NCBI GenBank assembly: GCA_963811165.1
Contig: CAWEQH010000001.1
Span: forward strand, 448,001 to 512,000
Reading direction: 5' to 3'
From: an uncultured Nitrospiraceae bacterium
GTDB taxonomy: Bacteria > Nitrospirota > Thermodesulfovibrionia > Thermodesulfovibrionales > UBA6898
DNA: 64,000 nt
The notes below the pieces were generated by a model, which saw nothing but the letters and a program-made list of their open reading frames with translations, had not been told where the DNA came from and did not search any database. A program made the position numbers and the translations under genes. Shown in pieces: positions 1 through 8,941 of this stretch. Each line of letters opens with the position of its first letter. Position 1 is the first letter of the stretch.

Positions 1-45
1 GGGACTACAAGCGGCAGCGGCACGTCGTCATCTACCGACGACTAA
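1..45 (+). CDS. 3' end of an upstream gene (partial, ...GTTSGSGTSSSTDD*)
   Basis: Frame 1 is open to TAA at 43-45 and is followed directly by a terminator-like hairpin. Confidence 0.45.
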   Translation, partial: GTTSGSGTSSSTDD

Positions 46-56
46 CAGAGACGTTT

Positions 57-90
57 CTTTGGCAGGAGGGTTTGCGCCCTCCTGCCAAAG
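57..90 (+). terminator. Intrinsic terminator-like hairpin
   Basis: CTTTGGCAGGAGGG / CCCTCCTGCCAAAG perfect 14-bp stem followed by TTCTTT. Confidence 0.75.
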
Positions 91-150
91 TTCTTTGATG
101 GACACACTTGTGTGAAAAAAGAAAAGATTGATAGAAAGGGAAGTATACAC

Positions 151-555
151 GTGAAAAAATACAGTTCGTTATTTATAATGCTTTTGGCGGCAGCTGTACT
201 CATCGTCGCCGGGGCGGGTTGCCAGTCGAAAGATAAGGGAGGACCGAAAGAACTCCTCGACAGATATTTCTCTTCGGCGATAAAACAGGATTATGCCGCA
301 ACATATGCCTGTTATTATGCCCCCTATATGACAAAGGTCAGCAAGGAGGAATATCTGAAACACCGGAAGGAGGCGTCGGTTTTACAGGCATATAATATTA
401 ATTTTATAAAGCAAGACGGTGATAATGCCGCACAGGCAGAGGTGCGGCTGACTTTTGCTCCTTCGGAGAAACTTAACAGGAAAGAGGCTGTCACGACTAC
501 GGTGAAGGAAGACTTGATCAAGGAAGGCGGGCAGTGGAAGATCAAAGTCTGGTAG
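151..555 (+). CDS. Putative lipoprotein, NTF2-like/DUF4878-like
   Basis: Lipobox AGAGC after a hydrophobic stretch; C-terminal KEGGQWKI typical of NTF2-like lipoproteins; GTG start at 151 chosen (ORF open from 112). Confidence 0.65.
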   Translation: MKKYSSLFIMLLAAAVLIVAGAGCQSKDKGGPKELLDRYFSSAIKQDYAATYACYYAPYMTKVSKEEYLKHRKEASVLQAYNINFIKQDGDNAAQAEVRLTFAPSEKLNRKEAVTTTVKEDLIKEGGQWKIKVW

Positions 556-688
556 CTACAGACTTTTCATTCTCCTGAGGGCAAGGTCCTCATTTTTTTC
601 TTAAGGCATTCTTCCTTTTTTGGTAAGATTTATCTGACGGGACAGATTGTCTCAAGTAATATACATCTATCCGAAAGAGGAGGCTGAA

Positions 689-1114
689 GTGGCAAAGATT
701 ACAAAAAAGGAATTAATCACACTGCTCAATAAAGACCTGGGTCTTGAGTATACGGCGATTGTGCAGTATACGCAGCACCAAGGTACCTTGAAAGGCGCCA
801 TGTATCAAAGCATCCAGAAGGAGTTGATCATTCACGCGCAGGAGGAACTTGCTCACGCCACCATTTTGGCAGCACAGATCGATTATCTCGGCGGGGTGCC
901 CACCGTCACTATGCCGCCGGCCAAGATATCGAAAGACAGCGTGACGATGCTGAAGCAGGACCTTGCAGGCGAAAATGACGCGATCGCCAGGTACATCCAA
1001 AGGATCAAACAGGCCGAGGAACTGAATCTCTACCATCTTGCCCAGCAGCTGAGAATTATCCTCGCCATGGAGCAGGAACACGCGATGGACCTCGAACAGG
1101 CGCTGGGGAAATAG
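689..1114 (+). CDS. Ferritin-like/bacterioferritin family protein
   Basis: Diiron-type motifs LEY..IVQY, EELAH, ENDAI, EQEH; GAGGAGG RBS before GTG at 689. Confidence 0.85.
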   Translation: MAKITKKELITLLNKDLGLEYTAIVQYTQHQGTLKGAMYQSIQKELIIHAQEELAHATILAAQIDYLGGVPTVTMPPAKISKDSVTMLKQDLAGENDAIARYIQRIKQAEELNLYHLAQQLRIILAMEQEHAMDLEQALGK

Positions 1115-1145
1115 ACGGCCGCTTCATATGCCCTGAATTAAGAAA

Positions 1146-1178
1146 GGGGATTCGGAGCTCTCATTGCTGCGAGTCCCC
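1146..1178. terminator. Hairpin between convergent genes
   Basis: GGGGATTCG...CGAGTCCCC stem downstream of the ferritin-like gene. Confidence 0.45.
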
Positions 1179-1210
1179 TCATTAGACAACAACTCGCCTC
1201 GTTCTCGACA

Positions 1211-1630
1211 TCACGTGCAGCGCTTGATTAGCCATTGTTCATGGTTCTTGTCTAAAGTAACATCAAGCCATTCCAGAGCGTCCTCGATGCCCCTGAAAAC
1301 TTCCGTATTGAGGCCAATGCCATCAACAAGTGCCTGATGCACTCGTGAGGAGCTATATGAATCATCCTTCGGCGACACAAAAGCGCATCTCTCGCCGGTA
1401 AATATACTGGCAAGTCTCACCTTCATCCGGGCGATTGAATATGCTTCTTCCATAGAAATTCTGATGCTATTAATAGTTCTGTAATCGATGAGCTTTTTCA
1501 TTGGCGCTTTATACCTATAGTCCAGGGACAAGGCGGCAAGATGTTCCATTACATTAATTCCAGTAATCACATCGCAGCCTTTTGCCAGTACTAATTTTTT
1601 GTCCATTATGATGTCATATTCGATAGACAT
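1211..1630 (-). CDS. Hypothetical protein (SpoIIAA/STAS-like fold possible)
   Basis: 139 aa; LIDYR, CAFV and VFRGIEDALEWL resemble SpoIIAA-like small proteins. Confidence 0.6.
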   Translation of the reverse strand: MSIEYDIIMDKKLVLAKGCDVITGINVMEHLAALSLDYRYKAPMKKLIDYRTINSIRISMEEAYSIARMKVRLASIFTGERCAFVSPKDDSYSSSRVHQALVDGIGLNTEVFRGIEDALEWLDVTLDKNHEQWLIKRCT

Positions 1631-1684
1631 TTTATAATTACCCTATCCCGATTAACATGAAAATTTTTGAGTTTCCGTCCATGC

Positions 1685-1963
1685 TCAAGGGAATGGGTCA
1701 TTGATGATAGATAACCCCACTCGATAAGCATCGTCTGATTGTTTACACCATTTGACCGCGGCAAAATGAAGATTGTTCTCCTTGTGCCTATCGACCCAAT
1801 ATAACATCTGATTTGGTTCGAGGGAGAATCTTGTCGATATCTCTATTTCGAACTCACCCAGACTCAGGACTTTGCCTTCTGCTTCTTCTCTCCTAAATGC
1901 GGACCCTTCCATGTACAAAACTGTGAAGGCTATGCCATAACCCGTCGATAAATCATGCCACAC
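1685..1963 (-). CDS. Hypothetical protein, degenerate PilZ-like beta-barrel
   Basis: AAVKWC...YRVGL C-terminus is typical of PilZ-like domains; the RxxxR motif is not in the called ORF. Confidence 0.45.
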   Translation of the reverse strand: MWHDLSTGYGIAFTVLYMEGSAFRREEAEGKVLSLGEFEIEISTRFSLEPNQMLYWVDRHKENNLHFAAVKWCKQSDDAYRVGLSIINDPFP

Positions 1964-2154
1964 GGTTTTCCCCCTCGGGGTTCTTTCTTTCGCGATAAGT
2001 CCTTCGTATAGTCATCGGATTGCAGTTATAGGTAAATGTTATAAGAAGCAACCAATTTATAGACAAAGCATATGACTAAATGATAGGGGAGTCAAGAACC
2101 CTATTATGCTTGTTTTCGAACCCTATCCATCTATGTTATAGAACACTCGCCCAA

Positions 2155-2796
2155 TTAATATGAAAATTGCACGTTCCCAGCCCTACCTGTGTTTTTCCCA
2201 GAATACCCTACCCCGATTACCAAGCAAATTGTGACATCATACAGCCCTTTATAAATTATGGCTATGAGCTTTGCTGATTCATATAAGGCATTCAGCAGCA
2301 TGAACTTGGCAAAGTCCGGAGTAAGAATCTTTTTCAATTTCTCCAGCTCTGCTTCCTTGGGTTCATCAGAATGAAAATAATGAGCATTGAACCACAGGTC
2401 TATCACCAGAGAGGCAGTCATTCGTTTGCTGCCGATTTTCATCTGAAGAGCATTTCCGAACAGGGCTTGATGCCACTTGACTTTCATCATTTTTAGGAAC
2501 TTGCGCCCTTCTGCCTGTGCTGCGTGCTTGCCTAGAATAGAGAGTATTTTCAGGAAATGCGTCTGCTCATCTTGAAGATAGAAAAAGCGAAACGCCATTA
2601 AGAACTCAGCGATCTGCTCTTCGGGAGGAAGAGACGCCTCAAACTAGACCTTCTCCGCTTCGTAGTGCACTCGGCCTTGTATGTGGGACGCACCGCCCGT
2701 GACTAATTTCGTCTTAGCAAGTTGCTCTGCTCGTTTGCAGAACGCTTTTAGAGCCTTCCATTCAGCGTCGCTCAGTTTGTTGGAAATTGTCGGCGT
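2155..2796 (-). pseudogene. Disrupted hypothetical protein gene
   Basis: The frame of ORF 2155-2598 continues upstream through one in-frame TAG (2644-2646) to an ACG at 2794-2796 that follows a GAGGA RBS. Confidence 0.55.
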
Positions 2797-2809
2797 AATA
2801 TCCTCACGG

Positions 2810-3442
2810 TCAAGAATCTTTCGGTGCTTTCTTATCTCGTTCTTTAATTAACGTTGCTAATGCTCTCGCTTGTGATGGCTTCTCCCTGTGTGCCCATCTT
2901 TCGAGCTGCGGATTATAACCGTATCGGATCTCAGAATCATCGGAATAAACATTGTACCAGCAGTTCCCCTCATCTGCAGGAGCAAGGATAACGAATTTCT
3001 GCCCTTCAATCTCGGTTTCTATTTTATCCGTACACTGGAATCCTGCATCATAAGATTCCAGTCGTGCAAACTCCGCTTTATACATTCGTAAGTTTACGGG
3101 AATAATTCCCTTTTTTAGTTTTTCTGTCTCCAAGAAAGCCTTTATGAGATGTTTACATAAGCGGCGCGGATCACTGGTTTCATATTTATTGCGTGTCGTT
3201 ATGAAATCCGGGCATGTGCAGGTTATGAGTTGAATATCCACGTCATAGTAAGTTCCTCTGTCCGTAATGCTTTCCACTTTGATACTAAAATGTGCATCAT
3301 CTGATATATCTACAGACGAGACCTCACTTACATCTTTATAACCAGAATTTACTGACGATTTTGCAGCAGTCTTCGGTCTGAGTAATATCCTATAGAGCGC
3401 ATAAAAGAGAAATATGACGATTACTAAGATAATGGCATTCAT
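2810..3442 (-). CDS. Membrane-anchored SWIM zinc-finger protein
   Basis: N-terminal TM helix; SWIM motif TCTCPDF...RRLCKHL. Confidence 0.75.
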   Translation of the reverse strand: MNAIILVIVIFLFYALYRILLRPKTAAKSSVNSGYKDVSEVSSVDISDDAHFSIKVESITDRGTYYDVDIQLITCTCPDFITTRNKYETSDPRRLCKHLIKAFLETEKLKKGIIPVNLRMYKAEFARLESYDAGFQCTDKIETEIEGQKFVILAPADEGNCWYNVYSDDSEIRYGYNPQLERWAHREKPSQARALATLIKERDKKAPKDS

Positions 3443-3562
3443 TAGTTCGTAATGACGACAATATACCACGAAAGGGCGGGACAGACAAGAGAAGAGGAGA
3501 CGCGCGTAGCGAGATGCGACTGACTACTCTCCGCTTTTGAGCACCTGCTCCGTAGAACAAGG

Positions 3563-4675
3563 TTATTTTCTTTTTAGTCTCCTGACAGCCTTCCCCAGGA
3601 GAGGTTCTTTTGTACGCAGCGCGGCGTGAGGACATACTTCTATGCAGCAGTAGCAGCGTATGCACTTTTCGTAATCAATTTTAATTCTTTGCCCTTCCCG
3701 AGATATCGCCTTGGCAGGGCAGTACTTCCAGCACTCTCCGCATAGTCTGCATAACGAGGGGTTCGGCAGGGGCCTCTGCACAAGATGCCGCCTCATAAAA
3801 CCATGGAGTATCTGAGGCCCAAAGACGAGTGGGACGATAGCAGGGAAGTGAAAGTCGGGTATCACCGGGATGTCTCCCTGAACTTCTATGTCTTTGGGGA
3901 TGTGGCCCGCGTCGCGGGCCGCCTTAACGGTGAAGACACTATATGGTTCGATCCCGAGCATTCTGCAAATGGTAATATCAAGTGCATTTGCATCGTTGCT
4001 CCCCGCGATAATCCCAAGTTCCCGCGGGGTGCCGCTCTTGCCGGGCCCCTCGCCTTCCATCGCGAGGATGCCGTCAAGGATGGTAACAGCCGGCCTGACG
4101 GCGTTATGAATCTTTACCAGCAGAGAGGCAAAAAGCTCCCTGTTCGCCCCGGCCCTGAAGTGCCATTCGGGTTTTCTCATGCCGACGATGCAGCCGAAAA
4201 GGTTCTTCACTCCAAGCGTCATGAGCATCTGGGTATGGGTCTTCAGTTTGGGCAGGTTGATGAGAAGGTCGGCATCCATTGCGTCTTTTGCTATCTCGAT
4301 CTTTCTGAAGGGCTCGCCCACGTCAATCTCGACGGATTCCTTGAACTCCCTGAATTCGACGTCTAAGCCCTTCAGGGCATTCCTGAGACCGCTTTCATTA
4401 AGGACCTTCTCGAAGCTCCCCATGGCCTGGCTGTCCGATATCCGGACGCGTCCGCCTTTTTGAATCACGTATTCGGAAACGGCCTTTACTACCAAGGGGT
4501 GGGTCACCATCGCCCTGTCTGGACGTGCCGGTGCCAGGAGGTTCGGTTTGATCAGAACGCGGCTGCCCGACCGGACTTTGTCACCACAGAAGGAATCTAT
4601 AATCTCAAAAATAAGAGGCCTCAGGATTTGATACTCATAAGAAGCCTTCCTGATAATGACTGTGGAGTCGCGCAT
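3563..4675 (-). CDS. DUF362 domain protein with C-terminal 2x[4Fe-4S] ferredoxin
   Basis: VLIKPN, THP, NLPKLKTH, KNLFG, MEGEGP motifs plus two CxxCxxCxxxCP. Confidence 0.9.
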   Translation of the reverse strand: MRDSTVIIRKASYEYQILRPLIFEIIDSFCGDKVRSGSRVLIKPNLLAPARPDRAMVTHPLVVKAVSEYVIQKGGRVRISDSQAMGSFEKVLNESGLRNALKGLDVEFREFKESVEIDVGEPFRKIEIAKDAMDADLLINLPKLKTHTQMLMTLGVKNLFGCIVGMRKPEWHFRAGANRELFASLLVKIHNAVRPAVTILDGILAMEGEGPGKSGTPRELGIIAGSNDANALDITICRMLGIEPYSVFTVKAARDAGHIPKDIEVQGDIPVIPDFHFPAIVPLVFGPQILHGFMRRHLVQRPLPNPSLCRLCGECWKYCPAKAISREGQRIKIDYEKCIRCYCCIEVCPHAALRTKEPLLGKAVRRLKRK

Positions 4676-4913
4676 ATATCGTGGTAGTTTAGCTCATTCT
4701 TTCTGAATAGGCCAGAACAACGATCTTGAGCATGTCATGTCACCGAAGTGCGGAGACGACCCGCTGTTTGTACGGCCTTATTGTGAACCTATGGATGATT
4801 TTTGCGGATAAAACAGAGAGGAAAGAAAAGAGTGCTGAGTTGCACCCGACAAAATTCGCGCATCCGATGCCCGGTCATGATATAATTCATGATATCATTT
4901 GAGGAGGATTGTC

Positions 4914-5132
4914 ATGGCAAAACGTGCGGGCGCTTACAAAAGCGAAAAGAGGAAAAAAGAGTTGATGCGTCAGAAGAAGCAGGATGAGAAGAGGAAGAGG
5001 CGGTTATACAAGGCTGACGGATCGCCGCAAGACGCTGAGGGGATGGAACAGGCTGAGGGTTCGGAGCAGACCGAAGGCCAGGAGCCGGCAGTTACAGATG
5101 CTAACGCGGCCGAAACCGAGCCAAAAGAATAA
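4914..5132 (+). CDS. Small hypothetical protein, basic N-half and acidic tail
   Basis: GAGGAGG RBS; K/R-rich then E/Q-rich composition. Confidence 0.65.
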   Translation: MAKRAGAYKSEKRKKELMRQKKQDEKRKRRLYKADGSPQDAEGMEQAEGSEQTEGQEPAVTDANAAETEPKE

Positions 5133-5144
5133 TCCTGCAGAAGA

Positions 5145-5489
5145 TCATCCGGGAGGCCAGTGCATATGCCTTCCGCCCAGAATATGGATATGGAGATGAT
5201 ACACGGTCTGGCCCGCCTCCGGATTTGTGTTTACCACCAGACGAAAGCCCCTTTCCGCGATTCCTTTTTCCCTTGCGATTTCCCCTGCCGTCCGGAATAA
5301 ATGACCGAGGAGCGCACCGTCTTCCTCTTCTATGTCGAGCGTTGTGGAAATATGTTTTTTGGGGATCACCAGTGTATGTACCGGAGCCTGGGGGTTTATA
5401 TCTTCTAATGCCAATACGCTTTCATCTTCGTAGATGATCTTCGCCGTGACTTTCCTTGAAATTATTTTGCAGAATAAACAATTAGTCAT
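5145..5489 (-). CDS. hinT: Histidine triad (HIT) nucleotide-binding protein
   Basis: CLFCKII, DINPQAPVH, HLHIHILGGR..WPPG. Confidence 0.92.
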   Translation of the reverse strand: MTNCLFCKIISRKVTAKIIYEDESVLALEDINPQAPVHTLVIPKKHISTTLDIEEEDGALLGHLFRTAGEIAREKGIAERGFRLVVNTNPEAGQTVYHLHIHILGGRHMHWPPG

Positions 5490-5493
5490 CTTA

Positions 5494-5781
5494 CTATCTT
5501 CTCTTTTTCCTGTACCTGTCCTCCAGCTCCGTAAATACCTCGGCATGGCTTATTCCTTCATCCGCCATAAGGACGAGACAATGGAACCACAGGTCGGCCA
5601 TTTCGTATATGGTCTGTTTTTTGTCTCCGGTTTTTGCAGCAATGATGACCTCGATCGACTCTTCGCCAATCTTCTTCAGGATCTCATCCTTCCCTTTTGA
5701 AAGGAGTGAGGAAACATAAGAGTCTGTACTCGGGGTACTTTTTCTTTCGAGAATTATCTGGTAAATATCATCGAGTATCAT
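5494..5781 (-). CDS. hisE: Phosphoribosyl-ATP diphosphatase
   Basis: ILKKIGEESIEVIIAAK, YEMADLWFH. Confidence 0.95.
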   Translation of the reverse strand: MILDDIYQIILERKSTPSTDSYVSSLLSKGKDEILKKIGEESIEVIIAAKTGDKKQTIYEMADLWFHCLVLMADEGISHAEVFTELEDRYRKKRR

Positions 5782-5840
5782 TTGTCCAGCCAGCCATCAG
5801 ATGAAGACGACAATCTCGGCCGCTGCCGCCCGCTGATAGC

Positions 5841-6215
5841 TTATTCTTTCTTCCCGTACACATCTTCTGCCGAAAAAACTTTTTCTTCGACCTCTTTGCC
5901 CTCGATATCGGTGAAGAAACAGGACCTGTGCCCAGTGTGGCATGCGCCCGGCCCCTTCTGTATTACCTTAATAAGAAGGGTGTCCCGGTCGCAGTCAAAG
6001 AGGATTGTCTTTACCTCCTGGACGTGTCCTGACGATTCGCCTTTTTTCCAATATTTCTGCCTCGACCTCGACCAGAAATGGGTGAACCCCGTGGCTATCG
6101 TCTTTCCGAGAGACTCCGAGTTCATGTATGCCATCATCAGCACCTCATTGCTTACCGCATCCTGCACTATCGCAGGGATGAGGCCTCGTTCGTCGTATTT
6201 AAGATCGGGTAGCAT
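5841..6215 (-). CDS. hisI: Phosphoribosyl-AMP cyclohydrolase
   Basis: FWSRSR, KGESSGH, DCDRD, ACHTG..SCF. Confidence 0.95.
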   Translation of the reverse strand: MLPDLKYDERGLIPAIVQDAVSNEVLMMAYMNSESLGKTIATGFTHFWSRSRQKYWKKGESSGHVQEVKTILFDCDRDTLLIKVIQKGPGACHTGHRSCFFTDIEGKEVEEKVFSAEDVYGKKE

Positions 6216-6315
6216 TTGTCCTCCAAAATTATCAGGCAATATATTGTGCGGCAGTTTGGTGTTACCGGTCAAGTTGTTTGTTCCGTAAACATCCCAACAC
6301 ATGGCGATTAGTACT

Positions 6316-7083
6316 TCATTGGTCTTCTGCGCGGCGTGTTCTGAACTGCTTTAGCAGCAGGTATCCTCCCCAGGAAACCGCGCAGATCATCAGTAATGCC
6401 CCGAGCGCATGTGAGACTTTTGCCAGGAGATGATCGTATTGAAGCAACCCCAATTTGCGGAGGATAAATTCCCAGTCGTGATAGTCGTCCACGTCTTTTC
6501 CCGTCACACCCCCCAAAAGTAGTAATTTAAGGTCTCTTGCATCATTGATATACGGCGCCAGGTCAATAAGATTTTCTCCCATCCACCACAGGGAGACGGA
6601 AGCGCCAAAGGTATCTCTTGTCTTAAAAAGAAAGGTCAATAGGCATATCAGAGGCACCAGTAACTGTGTCAGACTTCCGCCCGCGGTCATCATGAACTGG
6701 CCGAACATGCGGAATAATATATGGCCCGCCTCATGGAAGGGAAGGTTGATGAGATGCAAAAAACTCTCTCCTGGATAGTTGCCATCGATAGAAGAAAAAA
6801 TGAATTTAAGCCCCCAGGAAAAAAGCACCAAAAGAAGAAGGCTCCGACCCAGCAAGGTAAAAATGCCTGCCCCGGGGGTGACATTTAAAAACAATTCTCT
6901 GTAATCATGGGTCGTTTCTTCTGTCGTAAACGTATCTTCCGTCCGTAAAAAAAGGTCTGAATCGGTCCGGGGTTCCCCGGCAGACGTTTTTTGTTTCGCG
7001 AGATATTTCGAAAAAACGATGCCGCATTTATTACATTCGAGCCCCCCGTCGGGCCGATCAAAGCCGCACTTAGGACACTTCAT
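6316..7083 (-). CDS. Zinc-ribbon membrane protein with HExxH (M50-like peptidase)
   Basis: CPKC...CNKC N-terminus; LPFHEAGH inside the TM region; HDW motif. Confidence 0.75.
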   Translation of the reverse strand: MKCPKCGFDRPDGGLECNKCGIVFSKYLAKQKTSAGEPRTDSDLFLRTEDTFTTEETTHDYRELFLNVTPGAGIFTLLGRSLLLLVLFSWGLKFIFSSIDGNYPGESFLHLINLPFHEAGHILFRMFGQFMMTAGGSLTQLLVPLICLLTFLFKTRDTFGASVSLWWMGENLIDLAPYINDARDLKLLLLGGVTGKDVDDYHDWEFILRKLGLLQYDHLLAKVSHALGALLMICAVSWGGYLLLKQFRTRRAEDQ

Positions 7084-7224
7084 TGTCGCTCCCTTTTTGC
7101 AAGAGTTACGGGAAGGGTTTTTTAACTGAAGCATGAACTATTTTAGCAGATTGAAGGGATGGGTACTGTAAGTGATGTATCGAGAGTCCGGCCGCCATTT
7201 AATAATGCTGAGTTTCGAAACTTC

Positions 7225-7254
7225 TTGACAATAATGTCCCGTAATTTATATAAT
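7225..7254 (+). promoter_or_regulatory. sigma70-type promoter of the CBS gene
   Basis: TTGACA-N18-TATAAT. Confidence 0.6.
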
Positions 7255-7313
7255 CTTAAAAAAGATATTCCGTTTACGGAAGGTAATGACCAGATGAAAA
7301 GGAGCCAGTAGAA

Positions 7314-7715
7314 ATGATACAAGCAAAGTATATCATGTGTAAGAAGGCGGCGGTAAATAAAGCCACGTCGGGCAGGGAAATTGTGTATAAGATGATGGGG
7401 ATAGGGTGCCCGGGTCTTCCCGTCGTCGATGAAAACTCTGACGTCATAGGCGTGGTGAGTATGTGCGATATTCTCAAAGCGACCCAAGAAAAAGGTGCCG
7501 CGATGGAAACCTTACGTGCGGAACAGGTCATGTCTCATGTACCGGTGACGGCCGGTCCTGACACTTCCCGTGAAGATCTGGCACAGATGATGGTTGAAAA
7601 CAATTACTCTTTTATCCCCATTGTCAAAGGCAAAAAACTGCTTGGGATAGTGAGTGGTCGCGAGATTGTTGAAACATATGTGGAACCGCATCTCTACACT
7701 GTGTTTGAAGAGTAA
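7314..7715 (+). CDS. CBS domain pair protein
   Basis: GLPVVD...IGVVS and FIPIVK..LLGIVS repeats. Confidence 0.85.
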   Translation: MIQAKYIMCKKAAVNKATSGREIVYKMMGIGCPGLPVVDENSDVIGVVSMCDILKATQEKGAAMETLRAEQVMSHVPVTAGPDTSREDLAQMMVENNYSFIPIVKGKKLLGIVSGREIVETYVEPHLYTVFEE

Positions 7716-7814
7716 ATAAAATTATAAGGCGAATCATTATGAGGTAAATGTCGTCCGGGGAGAACAGGCGTTAGTCCGGAGGTGAATAGGTATTAGTTTC
7801 CGGACGGCTTCGCG

Positions 7815-8324
7815 TTAGAGCTTATACCCTATCTTCCTTAAGAACTCTTTTCTATGCGCCTTGTCCTCCGGGGTCTCGACGCCTCTCGGGGGGAACCCAT
7901 CTATTACGCCCATTACCCCTCTTCCCTGGGCCGTCTCAGCGACGATCACCTCGACCGGGTTTGCAGTTGCACAAAAGATGCGGCAGACCTCAGGACAGTT
8001 TTTTATCTGGGTGAGGACATTGATCGGGAAGGCGTTTTTCAGGATGATACAAAATATGTGTCCGGCACCTATGGACCCGACGTTTCGTACGCTGGCTTCA
8101 ACGAGTTCATGACTGTTCCCCTCTTTCCTGATAAGACACGGGCCTGAGGCCTCGGTGAAGGCTACCCCGAATTGGGCCTGGGGAACTGAAGTTGCGATGA
8201 TTTCGTAGAGGTCTTCCGCTGTTTTTATGAAGTGCGTCTGTCCGAGTATGACATTGCTGTCAGCGGGGATCTCGATCGTAACGGTCTTTATTTCCATGGC
8301 TTCCTCCTTGGGTTTCTTACCCAT
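7815..8324 (-). CDS. Adenosine-specific kinase/AMP-binding family protein (DUF355)
   Basis: GQTHFIKT, EASG, CATANP, GVIDG, FLRKIGYKL. Confidence 0.85.
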   Translation of the reverse strand: MGKKPKEEAMEIKTVTIEIPADSNVILGQTHFIKTAEDLYEIIATSVPQAQFGVAFTEASGPCLIRKEGNSHELVEASVRNVGSIGAGHIFCIILKNAFPINVLTQIKNCPEVCRIFCATANPVEVIVAETAQGRGVMGVIDGFPPRGVETPEDKAHRKEFLRKIGYKL

Positions 8325-8383
8325 TACTATACATATCGATATGCTATAATGGAAATAAATTTTTTCGGAGATGTCAAGCTTTT

Positions 8384-8941
8384 ATGGTGCGTATACTCCT
8401 CACCACAGCCCTTTTTCTCTCGGTCTTTATCCCCGGCCTGGCCGGAGGGCAGGAGATTGCCGGCCCTGAGGTGAGGCTCGCCAATAACGACGTCTACGTC
8501 AGCTTTTCCCTGGTCCCTGGCGCCAAACACATTGAGGAGATAAAGGAGGGGATAGACAAGGAACTGAAACTCTACGTTGACCTGTTCAGGGTCTGGAAGA
8601 TCTGGCCGGATGAGTTTGTGCTCGGTAAGTTTTATTCAAGAAGGATGAAGGTCAATCCTATCAAAAAGGAATACGTGGCAACGTCTTTCGACGGGAGCGT
8701 TATCATCGAAAGAAGATTCCGGTCTTTTGAGACTATGCTTGCCTGGACGTTGTCGGTCAAGGACCTGAAACTCACCAATACCCGTGAACTCGATCCCGGG
8801 GAATATTTTGTGAGGATCACGGCCGAATCGAAGATAAGGACCCTTCCGCCGATGATACGACAGTTTTTTGTCTTCATATCGGAAAATGAATTCAAGATCA
8901 AGAAAGACTCCGGTGTTTTTGTCATTGAGGGCGGCAGATGA
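8384..8941 (+). CDS. DUF4390 family exported protein
   Basis: Signal peptide; typical position upstream of ntrY-ntrX with ATGA overlap. Confidence 0.7.
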   Translation: MVRILLTTALFLSVFIPGLAGGQEIAGPEVRLANNDVYVSFSLVPGAKHIEEIKEGIDKELKLYVDLFRVWKIWPDEFVLGKFYSRRMKVNPIKKEYVATSFDGSVIIERRFRSFETMLAWTLSVKDLKLTNTRELDPGEYFVRITAESKIRTLPPMIRQFFVFISENEFKIKKDSGVFVIEGGR

